From a virus (taxonomy: Duplodnaviria > Caudoviricetes), in the IMG/VR virus record IMGVR_UViG_3300042377_001068, positions 1 to 35,193 of that record: 35,193 nt of DNA; one strand, given 5' to 3'. The notes under the pieces are model-generated. The model did no database searches and had not been told where the DNA came from. It saw nothing but the letters and a program-made list of their open reading frames with translations. This document shows, one piece after another, positions 17,652-27,100 of this stretch (position 1 is the stretch's first letter; each line of letters starts with the position of its first letter). Both the position numbers and the translations under genes were made by a program.

Positions 17652-20432
17652 TTAGTCGTTGGTCGTTTTTGCTGCGAGATAGTAGGTTGTGCCGCCGATT
17701 ACGATAGTCACGGTGCGGTTGGGCGAGGTCGGGCTGACGGTGTTGACGGTGTTTCCGATGGCAAGTGCTCCCGTGCTGCTCAACGCCCCAGTCACGGCGA
17801 GGCCGGTCGCGGAGATGGTGAGGACACTTGTAACGCCATCCGCGCCAAGAGTCATTACCTTGCCGGGTGCGGCGCTATACAAGTTAAAGTTACCGTTGCC
17901 CGCACCAAAACCAACATATGCTCGTTCGGCGTAGCTGCCAGTGGAATTGTCTCGGTAGCTGATATAACCATAGCCTGTCGTGTCCAAATCAGCGGACGAG
18001 TTTATGCGAATCAATCCAATCGTTGAGGTTACATCTAACGCACCGGTCACGGCTAGGCCGGTCGTTGTGAACAATCCAACCGTTGAACCCGCAGGATTGA
18101 TGGCGATGGATGAAGCAACCAATGACAACGTCGCTCGCGTGCCTACATCGTCCGAGAAGGCTCCGATGATACCACCTCCAGAATAATAATTGTAGAGACC
18201 GCCAGAAGCCGATGCAAAAGCGGCCAAGGCACCTGTGCTGACAGAGTAAGAGTTTTTTGACAACCCCGTGCTCGACAACGCCCCGGTCACGGCCAAGCCG
18301 GTGGAGGAGACTCGCGCATACGAGGTTCCCGCTACGCCGAGATTAACGCCATAAGATGCGGCAACATTTAACCATACCTCTCCGGTTGAAGCTCGGCCAA
18401 CGTAGTTATTCGCGGACTGAAATTGCCAAAACACGTCGCCACCGCCAAAGTTTAATAGAGAATTTCCTGTGCCGGTGATACTGCCATCAACGGTTAAATT
18501 CCCCGCATCAGTAAGCTGAAGCCGAGCATTAGTTGCCGCCATATTAAGAATACGGACGGTGCTGCCATCCATGTCCATGATGCGCGTGCCCGATGTAGTT
18601 TGAAAATTTATGTTCGGTGAGTTGGCGGAGCCGTCGTTTAGGGTGAGGCCGGTAGTTGCCGACAACGCACCAGTCACAGCGAGTCCGGTGGAGGAGAGGG
18701 TGGCCCGATAAGTTCCAGCGATTGCAAGGTTGAGTTCGTCGCCGTTGTTGTTGTCGAGAACCGTGTTGTTTACGCCCTGCAAAATTCGGAAGTCCGCGTT
18801 TTGTCCCGTGCGCTTAGCGCGAAATTGAGTGGATGTGCCGGTCGAGGTGATCGTGCCGGTAGAATCCACACTCGTAAAAGCGCCCGTGCTCGGCGTCGCC
18901 GCTCCCACGGTGCCGTTGTATCCGCCCGTCGCACTCAACGCTCCCGTCACACTTAATCCGGTTGAGCTTATGTCCAACACTTTTGCGGCACTAATACTTA
19001 TTCCAATATTATTTGCACCAATTCTATACATTCCACTCGTTGTATCAGTTGCCAAGATTAATGATGGTAACAGTACGGTTCCGGCAGCTAATGATAATAC
19101 ATTATTTGATGTTATATTACCTACCACACCCAACGACCCTGTAATATTTACACTACCAGTAAACAATTGTGTGTCTGTTGACTTTGTACCAAAAATATTA
19201 CTACCACTTGCATAAGCAATACTGCTTGTAATTGTTACTACACTTAGTGCAGTTACTGAAATAGCTGATGCTGTAATTTGACCAACTGTAATATTATTAG
19301 AATTTGTGAATGCTGTTCCACCACCGTTGCTTAATTGAGCAGATGCTGAAACAACATTATTTGGTAATACATAAATGTTTGGAGCATACGAAGCACTAAC
19401 TGCATTTAATGCGTATGAAGCTGTTGTTGAATAAGAGGCACTAACTGCATTTAATGCGTATGAAGCTGTAACAGCCCAACTGCTTGTGATGCTATATAAT
19501 GAACCTGTAATAAAGTTGCCATTGGTACCACTTGTACCTGCTGTGCCAGACACAGCTGAACTTGCTGCTACCCAGCTGCCTGTTCCGTTAAAGTAATATA
19601 CTTTTAAGTCACCTGTGGTTGTATCCCACCATAATGAACCTGTGTATGGATCAACTGGCGCTGTGTCAGATGTTGTTACAGAAACGCTGTTGCCGCTTGA
19701 GCCAGCTGTGCCACTTGTACCCGACGAACCGTTTGCGCCACTGCTACCTGCTGTGCCACTGCTGCCACTGGTACCTGCCGAGCCACTTGTGCCAGTAGAA
19801 CCTGACGAGCCACTGGTGCCGTCTGTACCACTGGTACCGGATGAACCACCGGCACCGCTTACGCCACTGGTACCTGCCGATCCACTTGTGCCAGTAGAAC
19901 CGGATGAACCGCTTGTGCCAGTAGAACCGGACGAGCCGCTTGTGCCAGTAGAACCCGACGAGCCACTGGTGCCGTCTGTACCACTTGAGCCAGATGAACC
20001 GCCAGCTCCGCTCACACCGCTGGTACCTGCCGAGCCACTTGTGCCGGTAGAACCTGACGAGCCGCTTGAGCCATCTGTACCACTTGAGCCAGACGAACCG
20101 CCAGCTCCACTAGCACCGCTTGTGCCACTACTACCTGCTGCACCATTAGCACCATTAGCACCAGCCGCACCACTTGTGCCACTAGTGCCACTACTACCGT
20201 TGTTACCACTTGTGCCGGATGTTCCACTAACACTTAATGCATACGACGCCGTTAAAGCTGTATCTGCCGTACCTGCACTAACAGCATATGAAGCTGTTAT
20301 TGCTGTAGTAGTATATGACGCTGTTAAAGAATTTAAGGCAGACACTGAATTGTTAGAATTCAATGCATGTGATGCTGATATCACCGTTGACTGGTTTGCT
20401 GCTACATTGAGATTTCTTAATAGTGTTGCCAT
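17652..20432 (-). CDS. Tail fibre-like protein with Gly-X-Y stalk and modular C-terminal half
   Basis: TASY repeats; ~60 G-X-Y triplets; GSLWWDTTTGDLKVYY motif; five TGL(A/S)VTGAL repeats. Confidence 0.85.
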   Translation of the reverse strand: MATLLRNLNVAANQSTVISASHALNSNNSVSALNSLTASYTTTAITASYAVSAGTADTALTASYALSVSGTSGTSGNNGSSGTSGTSGAAGANGANGAAGSSGTSGASGAGGSSGSSGTDGSSGSSGSTGTSGSAGTSGVSGAGGSSGSSGTDGTSGSSGSTGTSGSSGSTGTSGSSGSTGTSGSAGTSGVSGAGGSSGTSGTDGTSGSSGSTGTSGSAGTSGSSGTAGSSGANGSSGTSGTAGSSGNSVSVTTSDTAPVDPYTGSLWWDTTTGDLKVYYFNGTGSWVAASSAVSGTAGTSGTNGNFITGSLYSITSSWAVTASYALNAVSASYSTTASYALNAVSASYAPNIYVLPNNVVSASAQLSNGGGTAFTNSNNITVGQITASAISVTALSVVTITSSIAYASGSNIFGTKSTDTQLFTGSVNITGSLGVVGNITSNNVLSLAAGTVLLPSLILATDTTSGMYRIGANNIGISISAAKVLDISSTGLSVTGALSATGGYNGTVGAATPSTGAFTSVDSTGTITSTGTSTQFRAKRTGQNADFRILQGVNNTVLDNNNGDELNLAIAGTYRATLSSTGLAVTGALSATTGLTLNDGSANSPNINFQTTSGTRIMDMDGSTVRILNMAATNARLQLTDAGNLTVDGSITGTGNSLLNFGGGDVFWQFQSANNYVGRASTGEVWLNVAASYGVNLGVAGTSYARVSSTGLAVTGALSSTGLSKNSYSVSTGALAAFASASGGLYNYYSGGGIIGAFSDDVGTRATLSLVASSIAINPAGSTVGLFTTTGLAVTGALDVTSTIGLIRINSSADLDTTGYGYISYRDNSTGSYAERAYVGFGAGNGNFNLYSAAPGKVMTLGADGVTSVLTISATGLAVTGALSSTGALAIGNTVNTVSPTSPNRTVTIVIGGTTYYLAAKTTND
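17781..18962. repeat. Five dispersed 27-nt repeats encoding TGL(A/S)VTGAL
   Basis: Copies begin at 17781, 18036, 18276, 18663, 18936. Confidence 0.8.
19690..20225. repeat. 9-nt-period Gly-X-Y (GTS/GSS) coding repeat
   Basis: Gly at every third residue in the 926-aa protein; boundaries approximate. Confidence 0.85.
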
Positions 20433-20446
20433 ATGATATAATTATA

Positions 20447-20454
20447 TATAAATA
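20447..20454 (-). promoter_or_regulatory. Recurrent upstream octamer
   Basis: tataaata 14 nt upstream of ATG 20432. Confidence 0.55.
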
Positions 20455-20491
20455 TAGGTTATATACTTGTATAGTTTGTATTTTTTTTAGT

Positions 20492-20704
20492 TTATGTACC
20501 AAACAGGGTCATCATTTGAGTTAAGCAATTATTGTTATTATCAAAAGCAATCATAACAGTGTTGCTGTGACCAGAAAAAGTTATATCAGTAAATGTTGAT
20601 AAATCATATGAAAGCCAGTTAGATGGTACTGTCATATATACAGGTATAGATGGTGCTACAGAGTCTATGCAGCTTTGAATTTGTTGAGATACTAGTGTTG
20701 GCAT
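20492..20704 (-). CDS. Small hypothetical protein
   Basis: 70-aa ATG ORF filling the gap, 12 nt after the upstream gene. Confidence 0.6.
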   Translation of the reverse strand: MPTLVSQQIQSCIDSVAPSIPVYMTVPSNWLSYDLSTFTDITFSGHSNTVMIAFDNNNNCLTQMMTLFGT

Positions 20705-20716
20705 AATATTATTTTT

Positions 20717-21760
20717 TTATGTATAGTTGAATAATAATGTATGATTTGTGCCGGTTGTTTCCGTATTAGAAAGAGTAAATCCAAGAATATTATTTGAAGC
20801 ATCTTTAACTACCAAGCTTGACGGAAATGATCTTACCATAGTCATATCACGCAATCTTCCAGCAAAATAATTTGTTGATATATTAAAACAACGTATAGGA
20901 ACTTTAATAAGTTTGCCGCTTATTGTTGTATAGTTTGTTCCATATACATTGGCTAAATTTCTATCCGTTGCTATAGTATTTAGTGATGTTGAACCTGGCA
21001 AGAATGTTACAAATTTTGGATAACCTGTCGTTGTAAGTGGAGAAGTTGTACTATGATTAAACAATGAATGACCGGCACCTAAAGTATCCGTAAATAACGT
21101 AGCAGATACTCCTTTGCTAAGATTAGTTGATTCAACACCGCTTGTTGCAACACCATAAACTCTTCCATCAGATTCTGCGGCATATGATGAACTTTGTTCT
21201 GGATCTAATAAAGCGCCAATTACCGCAGCAGTGCATACAGCCACAGTTGGGTTATAAAATACAACAGCAATTGCTTCTTTTGATTCATATATTGTTAATT
21301 TTACACCTGCAACAAAACTCGCTTGTCTAATTATACGAGCATATCCGCTGGAATATGAACCCGAGCCAAAGGGATATAAACTTGTCCATTGTGTAAATGA
21401 TCCACTAGCATTTTTAACAACAGCACCGTGCAAAATAAGTGAAGCATATGCAGACTCATTTGTAACAACTGTTGGGGTTGCGCTACTAACAGCGCCCGTA
21501 CTGCTCTTTCCAGAAAAAATAACAGATTGACTAACACTTGTTTGAAATCCGGGAAATAAATATACCGCTTCTGTATTAGAACCAGTGACGAACTTGCTTG
21601 GCATTTGCCATGCACTACCGCTACCAAGTGTTCTTGTAGAACCATCATGATACAATGACCCCGTAAGCATGTCGTATATAATATTGAGCGTGCCGCTCAT
21701 AGACGCTGTTGATATAACTCTGACTGGCAATTTTCTCCATTGTAATGCTGGTAAGCTCAT
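20717..21760 (-). CDS. WRKLP-family paralog A6 (putative virion/fibre-associated protein; pairs with A3)
   Basis: MSLPALQWRKLP, YDMLTGS, GSGSAW, SQSVIF, KNASGSF, YPFGSGSY, YESKEA, DPEQ, GRLRD. Confidence 0.85.
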   Translation of the reverse strand: MSLPALQWRKLPVRVISTASMSGTLNIIYDMLTGSLYHDGSTRTLGSGSAWQMPSKFVTGSNTEAVYLFPGFQTSVSQSVIFSGKSSTGAVSSATPTVVTNESAYASLILHGAVVKNASGSFTQWTSLYPFGSGSYSSGYARIIRQASFVAGVKLTIYESKEAIAVVFYNPTVAVCTAAVIGALLDPEQSSSYAAESDGRVYGVATSGVESTNLSKGVSATLFTDTLGAGHSLFNHSTTSPLTTTGYPKFVTFLPGSTSLNTIATDRNLANVYGTNYTTISGKLIKVPIRCFNISTNYFAGRLRDMTMVRSFPSSLVVKDASNNILGFTLSNTETTGTNHTLLFNYT

Positions 21761-21782
21761 AGTATTTAATTTTTAAATTTTA

Positions 21783-22880
21783 TTAGTATTTTAAACATGC
21801 TGTGTGATTTTGTGCCGATTCAACCGAAGATATAGTATACCCAATTATTTTGTTATTTGGATTTCTTAGTGTTTCGTTGGCTGTTCTATTTTTTATAGCA
21901 ACAATATCACGCAATCTTCCTACAAAATAAGTATTTGATAAGTTTGCATTACCACAACATCTAATCGGGGTTTCAATAGTTATATCTGTTGCATTGCTCG
22001 ATGCAAACGTGTCGTCTATAAATTTTTCTGCCAAAGCTCCAAAAAATAAATTAGTTTGTGGTTGAAACATTACAAATTTTGTAGCTTTATAAAAGGAATC
22101 ACTTGTAGCCCCAGCGCCGCCTTCATAATCTCCATTGTTTTCAAATAAGGCGTGATAGTAGTTTAAAGTCAAAAAGCTACTATAAAATCCACCCAGTACG
22201 CCGTTCGTGTTGCTATTTATTAAATTGGATGCGGCAATGCATCCATATAATCTATTATCAACTTCTGCATCCAATGATGTTGTGGTTTGCTCTGGGTCGA
22301 TGATAGCACCGGCAATAAATACTTGAGCATCCAACGCCGCAGTTTGCGTAACCACGGCAATGGCTTCTTTTGATTCATATATGATAAGTTTATCCAGACC
22401 GGCTGGTAACGGTGTCATTCCTGTATATCCCATAGAATAAGATCCACTGCCAAATGGATATCTACTAGTCCATTCTGTAAATGATCCACTGGCATTCTTA
22501 ACTAAAGCACCATATAAACTTCCTGTACTAATAACTATCGGTCCAGATCCTGCGGAGCTTGCGCGACTTCCAGATAGTGTTGGAGGAATTGCTGAACTTG
22601 ATGCGCCAGTTTTACTTTTACAAGCAAAAATAACAGATTGACTTATTACTGTTTGAAAACCCGGAAATACATATACTGCTTCTGTATTAGAACCAGTAAC
22701 AAATTTAGTTGGCATTTGCCAAGCACTGCCACTGCCAATAACACGCGCGGAACCATCGCTATAAAACGATCCTGTTAGCATGTCATATATTGTGTCCAAG
22801 AAATACGACGAAGTTGCAGTGATATTTGATGCAAATACTCTGGCTGGTAATTTTCTCCATTCTAGTGGTTGTAAGCTCAT
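21783..22880 (-). CDS. WRKLP-family paralog A5 (pairs with A2)
   Basis: Same conserved blocks; DAEVDNRLYG. Confidence 0.85.
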   Translation of the reverse strand: MSLQPLEWRKLPARVFASNITATSSYFLDTIYDMLTGSFYSDGSARVIGSGSAWQMPTKFVTGSNTEAVYVFPGFQTVISQSVIFACKSKTGASSSAIPPTLSGSRASSAGSGPIVISTGSLYGALVKNASGSFTEWTSRYPFGSGSYSMGYTGMTPLPAGLDKLIIYESKEAIAVVTQTAALDAQVFIAGAIIDPEQTTTSLDAEVDNRLYGCIAASNLINSNTNGVLGGFYSSFLTLNYYHALFENNGDYEGGAGATSDSFYKATKFVMFQPQTNLFFGALAEKFIDDTFASSNATDITIETPIRCCGNANLSNTYFVGRLRDIVAIKNRTANETLRNPNNKIIGYTISSVESAQNHTACLKY

Positions 22881-22901
22881 AATGTTATATATTGTTAAAT
22901 T

Positions 22902-23942
22902 TTACGAAAAATCCAGCATCACAGAATCAGTTGCGGAATCTTCTTTTCCACTTAAAACAAATCCAATAGTGTTTCCGGATGAATTGTTTCTAATTACGCT
23001 ATTGTTTAGATTGTCTTTAATGACAGATATTTCTCGAAGTCTTCCAAGAAAATATGTTGGCAACAACGTCGCATCTAATGCGCAACATTTTAGTGGAGTT
23101 TTTACAAATTTTCCAGATAATGTTGTATAATTTAATGTTGGATAATATTGCCCTGTACTTATATATTTTTCGGTAGAAACTGTATTAGTAAGTGAATAGC
23201 CTGGTAAGAAAACAACAAACTTTGCATTTGAAGTCCCCGTTCCGTGGGATAAAAAATATGAAGCCGCCGAAGCGTCAGTTAAAAAAGTAGAAACCAAGCC
23301 ACCGGAACCTCCCGATGCCAATCCATATATTCTTCCATCAATCTCAGCATCAAGCGAAGATGTTGGAGAAGATTGTTCTGGGTCTATTATAGCACCGGCG
23401 ACTGCTCCATAATTTATTGCTGTACCAACATCATAAATAAATAATGCAATTGCTTCTTTGGATTCATATATTGAAATTCTGTCCGTCATTCCAATCGCCG
23501 TCATAACTGGACCTATGCGAGCATACCCCGTAGAATATGATCCACTGCCGAATGGATATAAACTTGTCCATTGGGTAAAAGAACCGCTGGCGTTTTTTAC
23601 AGTAGCAGCTACTAAATAATTTGCCGTAGTCGATCCGTTTGTTGCAATTGCAAAATTTCCACTGCTTGTAACTCCCGTAACATTTTTTCCAGCAAAAATA
23701 ACAGATTGACTTACTGTGGTTTTGTATGGAGGAACACAATATACTGCTTCGGTGTTTGATCCGGTTATAAATCTACCAGATGCCGACCAAGCACTTCCAC
23801 TCCCCACGATTCTCAGCGATCCGTCATGATATAAAGATCCTGTGAGCATATCATATACCGTGTTTAAAACAGAAGTAATTGTTTGGTCGGTTTGAAATGT
23901 TCTAACCGGTAGTTTTCTCCATTCTAATGGTTGTAAGCTCAT
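22902..23942 (-). CDS. WRKLP-family paralog A4 (pairs with A1)
   Basis: Same conserved blocks; DPEQSSPTSSLDAE. Confidence 0.85.
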   Translation of the reverse strand: MSLQPLEWRKLPVRTFQTDQTITSVLNTVYDMLTGSLYHDGSLRIVGSGSAWSASGRFITGSNTEAVYCVPPYKTTVSQSVIFAGKNVTGVTSSGNFAIATNGSTTANYLVAATVKNASGSFTQWTSLYPFGSGSYSTGYARIGPVMTAIGMTDRISIYESKEAIALFIYDVGTAINYGAVAGAIIDPEQSSPTSSLDAEIDGRIYGLASGGSGGLVSTFLTDASAASYFLSHGTGTSNAKFVVFLPGYSLTNTVSTEKYISTGQYYPTLNYTTLSGKFVKTPLKCCALDATLLPTYFLGRLREISVIKDNLNNSVIRNNSSGNTIGFVLSGKEDSATDSVMLDFS

Positions 23943-23946
23943 AAAA

Positions 23947-24573
23947 TTATATAGATGATGTTGTGTAAGATGCGATCATATTAAACGTGTATAGTGAAGA
24001 TCCGGCAAGGTTTAAAATTTGAAAGCTGTCGGTATCAACAATAAAATCTTTGGTTTGAAAATCAAAAATGTTTGGAACCGAGGCAAGATTTAAAACTTCT
24101 CCATCAATAAAATAATCAACGTCGCGAACGTCAAAAACATTTGCTGTATTTGAAAAATCTAAATAAAACTCTGGCCCAACAGGAGTTGATGATTCTGGAT
24201 CTGAAAAATTAAAAGAAGAAGATTGAAATCCATTGGTATATACAGAATCTTCTGTGTAATTTACAGATGAAATCGTAGAGTCGAGTGACGACCATCCAAT
24301 ATTTCCATTTACAACGGTTAGATATAAACTATCTTGAGCAGGAAATACGGTCAATGGATTGCCGTCTACACCAAATCCTATAACAGACAATGCACTTAAT
24401 GATGTACCAAAACTACTAGAAAGCCAACTGCCACTGGCATTTTTAGCAAAAGATGCACTAACGGCATTTAATGCATATGATGCTGTACCAAATACGGCTG
24501 ACGTAGCAATCGTGGCAGCAATTAATCCGCTGCCGCTAACTATACCACTTTTATATGTTGTATAACGTGCCAT
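23947..24573 (-). CDS. Adaptor-like paralog B3 (208 aa)
   Basis: MA...YKS...GTASY...NASGSWLSSSF...IGF...YLTV.NG..GWS shared with B1/B2; acidic repeated tail. Confidence 0.8.
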   Translation of the reverse strand: MARYTTYKSGIVSGSGLIAATIATSAVFGTASYALNAVSASFAKNASGSWLSSSFGTSLSALSVIGFGVDGNPLTVFPAQDSLYLTVVNGNIGWSSLDSTISSVNYTEDSVYTNGFQSSSFNFSDPESSTPVGPEFYLDFSNTANVFDVRDVDYFIDGEVLNLASVPNIFDFQTKDFIVDTDSFQILNLAGSSLYTFNMIASYTTSSI

Positions 24574-24579
24574 AATTTT

Positions 24580-24882
24580 TTATGTTGCTACCCATTGTAC
24601 TGTGCCATTTGCCAGTGAAAGATATCCATTATTTACTGTAGTAGGAAATACTACAGGATTTCCACCACGATCAAATCCAATTAATCTTTGCACATTAGAT
24701 GTTCCAACATTAAAATCACTGCCTGTCCACTCTCCACTTGCATTAAGAGCAAACGAAGATGAAATCACAGATTGATTGTTATTACTATACGAAGCTGTAC
24801 CTAATAAACTAGCAGTAACAGCAGACATTCTTGTAATGCTGCCGCTTATAGTACCACTTTTAAAGTTTATTATTTTAGCCAT
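24580..24882 (-). CDS. Adaptor-like paralog B2 (100 aa, N-domain only)
   Basis: Aligns by eye with the first ~100 aa of B1 and B3. Confidence 0.75.
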   Translation of the reverse strand: MAKIINFKSGTISGSITRMSAVTASLLGTASYSNNNQSVISSSFALNASGEWTGSDFNVGTSNVQRLIGFDRGGNPVVFPTTVNNGYLSLANGTVQWVAT

Positions 24883-24893
24883 ATAAAATTATA

Positions 24894-26003
24894 TTATGAA
24901 TAGTTTAGTAAAACCGCATGACTTGATGTTGTTTCACTTTGTGCCAAACTAAATCCAAGTATGTTGTTTGAAGAATCTCTAACTACAACATTAGACGGCA
25001 TATTTTTTATTAAAGAAATATCGCGCAATCTTCCCAAAAATATTCCGCGTGAACCTAACGGATTGCTGCTGATTTCTTGCGTCCTACAATATAATGGAGT
25101 GCGAATCATTTTTCCACTTATTGTGGTAAATCCGTTTTGTAATAAAGTAGCCGCCGCTCCACCTGATAAGGAATTGGATACTCTGTCCGTGGACACGGTG
25201 GCAGATGTACTTGTTCTTGGTATAATTGTTTGAAAAAATGAATAATACGAAGAATTGTTAGTGTACGTATCTTGGTCTACAAAAATTCCACCAGCGCCAG
25301 TGGTACTGTTGGTATGGAAATTTACGCCGACACCAGAATTTACCCACGCACTTCCAGTACGTTGTGCGCCAGTTGTAGCAACTGCATATATTCTACCATC
25401 AATTTCTGTGTTCATAGAAGCAGATTGTTCTGGATCTATAATAGCTCCCGCCATTCCAACTATGCAATATCTAGTATTTGGGTGTGACAAATATACACAC
25501 AATGCTTCTTTTGATTCATATATTACAAATTTAGTACTTCCTGTAATAACACTGGCATTTGCAAATGGTATATATGGGGACATATATGAACCAGATCCAA
25601 ATGGATATGTACTTGTCCATTGTGTAAATGATCCGCTGGCATTTTTTACTGTTGATATATATAAAAAAGACGACGTGTATGATAAACCATTTAAAGCATC
25701 GGATGGCTGACTACTGCTGCTAGGGGCTGTGGTGCTTCTACCAGAAAATATCACAGACTGACTAACACTTGTTTGAAAACCAGGAAATACATATACTGCT
25801 TCTGTATTAGAACCAGTAACAAATTTAGTTGGCATTTGCCAAGCACTGCCGCTACCAAGTGTGCGTGCGGAACCGTCGTGGTATAATGAGCCAGTAAGCA
25901 TGTCATATATCACATTTAAACAATATGAAGCGGTAACATTTGGCAAAAGTGCCGGTAAAGTTCTAACTGGTAATTTTCTCCATTGTAGTGGTGGTAAGCT
26001 CAT
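24894..26003 (-). CDS. WRKLP-family paralog A3
   Basis: MSLPPLQWRKLP and all family blocks. Confidence 0.85.
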   Translation of the reverse strand: MSLPPLQWRKLPVRTLPALLPNVTASYCLNVIYDMLTGSLYHDGSARTLGSGSAWQMPTKFVTGSNTEAVYVFPGFQTSVSQSVIFSGRSTTAPSSSSQPSDALNGLSYTSSFLYISTVKNASGSFTQWTSTYPFGSGSYMSPYIPFANASVITGSTKFVIYESKEALCVYLSHPNTRYCIVGMAGAIIDPEQSASMNTEIDGRIYAVATTGAQRTGSAWVNSGVGVNFHTNSTTGAGGIFVDQDTYTNNSSYYSFFQTIIPRTSTSATVSTDRVSNSLSGGAAATLLQNGFTTISGKMIRTPLYCRTQEISSNPLGSRGIFLGRLRDISLIKNMPSNVVVRDSSNNILGFSLAQSETTSSHAVLLNYS

Positions 26004-26017
26004 ATGATTTTAAATTT

Positions 26018-27085
26018 TTAATATTTGAATAATAACGCTGAATTATTTGAAACTTCACTTGTAGATAATGTATATCCAAAAATATTTCCCGAAGAATTTT
26101 TAACTACCGCATTTGAAAAAAACGAATCTGTTATAGTAATATCTCGCAATCTTCCAAGATAATAATTAACAGAACCGCTGGATACGCATTGCAATGGAAG
26201 ATCTAAGGGCTGTGCTGAAAAATCTCTAAACGATGAAAAATTATAATAGTCCAGAGTATAAGGTCTTGGTTTTAGCACCGTAGCCGTTGTTAATGAACTG
26301 GACTGCGGCGTAAACACAGTAAACATTGGTGTATTATCAGAATTGTTACTACTCGTTGAAAAATGCGAAAGAAATTGTCGCATATCTGTATAAAAAGTAC
26401 TAGTAATACCATATAAATTTCCTTGAGTTGTTACACTGGGCACTCCGGACGTAATAATTCCATATAGTCTATTGTCAAGTTCTGCATCTACTGATGTTGC
26501 TACTTGTTCTGGATCAATAATTGCACCTGCAATAACTGCACATGTTTTATCGTTTACATAATCGTATATTACACCGGCAAATGCCTCTTTAGATTCATAC
26601 AAGCTTATATTTGAATTTCTATCTATAAGATTTAAACTTGTCCATCGGCCATAACCAGTAGAATACGAACTACTGCCGAATGGATATTGACTTGTCCATT
26701 GAGTGAATGATCCAGATTCTGCATTTTTAACACAGGCAATATTAAGAAGTGAAGATGAATAAGAAAATTCTCCCGTAAGAACTGGTGGTATAGCACTGCT
26801 ACTTGCGCCCGTCGAATTTCTTCCTGAAAAAATAACAGATTGACTCATAGCAGTTAATGTTGGCGGAAATATGCCAACGGCTTCTACATTAGATCCTGTT
26901 GTGAATTTAAACGGAGTTTTCCATGCACTACCGCTACCCATAATACGAGTTGAACCGTCGTGGTATAATGAGCCAGTAAGCATGTCGTATATTACGTTCA
27001 ATAATATATTTGTTGTTAATGAACCTGTGACATAGTTCAAATTTCTAACTGGTAATTTTCTCCATTGTAGTGGTTGTAAGCTCAT
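26018..27085 (-). CDS. WRKLP-family paralog A2
   Basis: Family blocks; DAELDNRLYG. Confidence 0.85.
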   Translation of the reverse strand: MSLQPLQWRKLPVRNLNYVTGSLTTNILLNVIYDMLTGSLYHDGSTRIMGSGSAWKTPFKFTTGSNVEAVGIFPPTLTAMSQSVIFSGRNSTGASSSAIPPVLTGEFSYSSSLLNIACVKNAESGSFTQWTSQYPFGSSSYSTGYGRWTSLNLIDRNSNISLYESKEAFAGVIYDYVNDKTCAVIAGAIIDPEQVATSVDAELDNRLYGIITSGVPSVTTQGNLYGITSTFYTDMRQFLSHFSTSSNNSDNTPMFTVFTPQSSSLTTATVLKPRPYTLDYYNFSSFRDFSAQPLDLPLQCVSSGSVNYYLGRLRDITITDSFFSNAVVKNSSGNIFGYTLSTSEVSNNSALLFKY

Positions 27086-27100
27086 ATGATTTTAAATTTT

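Noticed and set aside
14538-19215. Several 65-150 aa + strand ORFs in the GC-rich fibre regions
   Set aside because: Expected antisense ORFs where higher GC lowers stop frequency; no recognisable motifs.
19615-20436. 273-aa Pro/Leu/Val/Glu-rich + strand ORF
   Set aside because: Antisense shadow of the Gly-Ser-Thr repeat, whose codons give no stops on the opposite strand.
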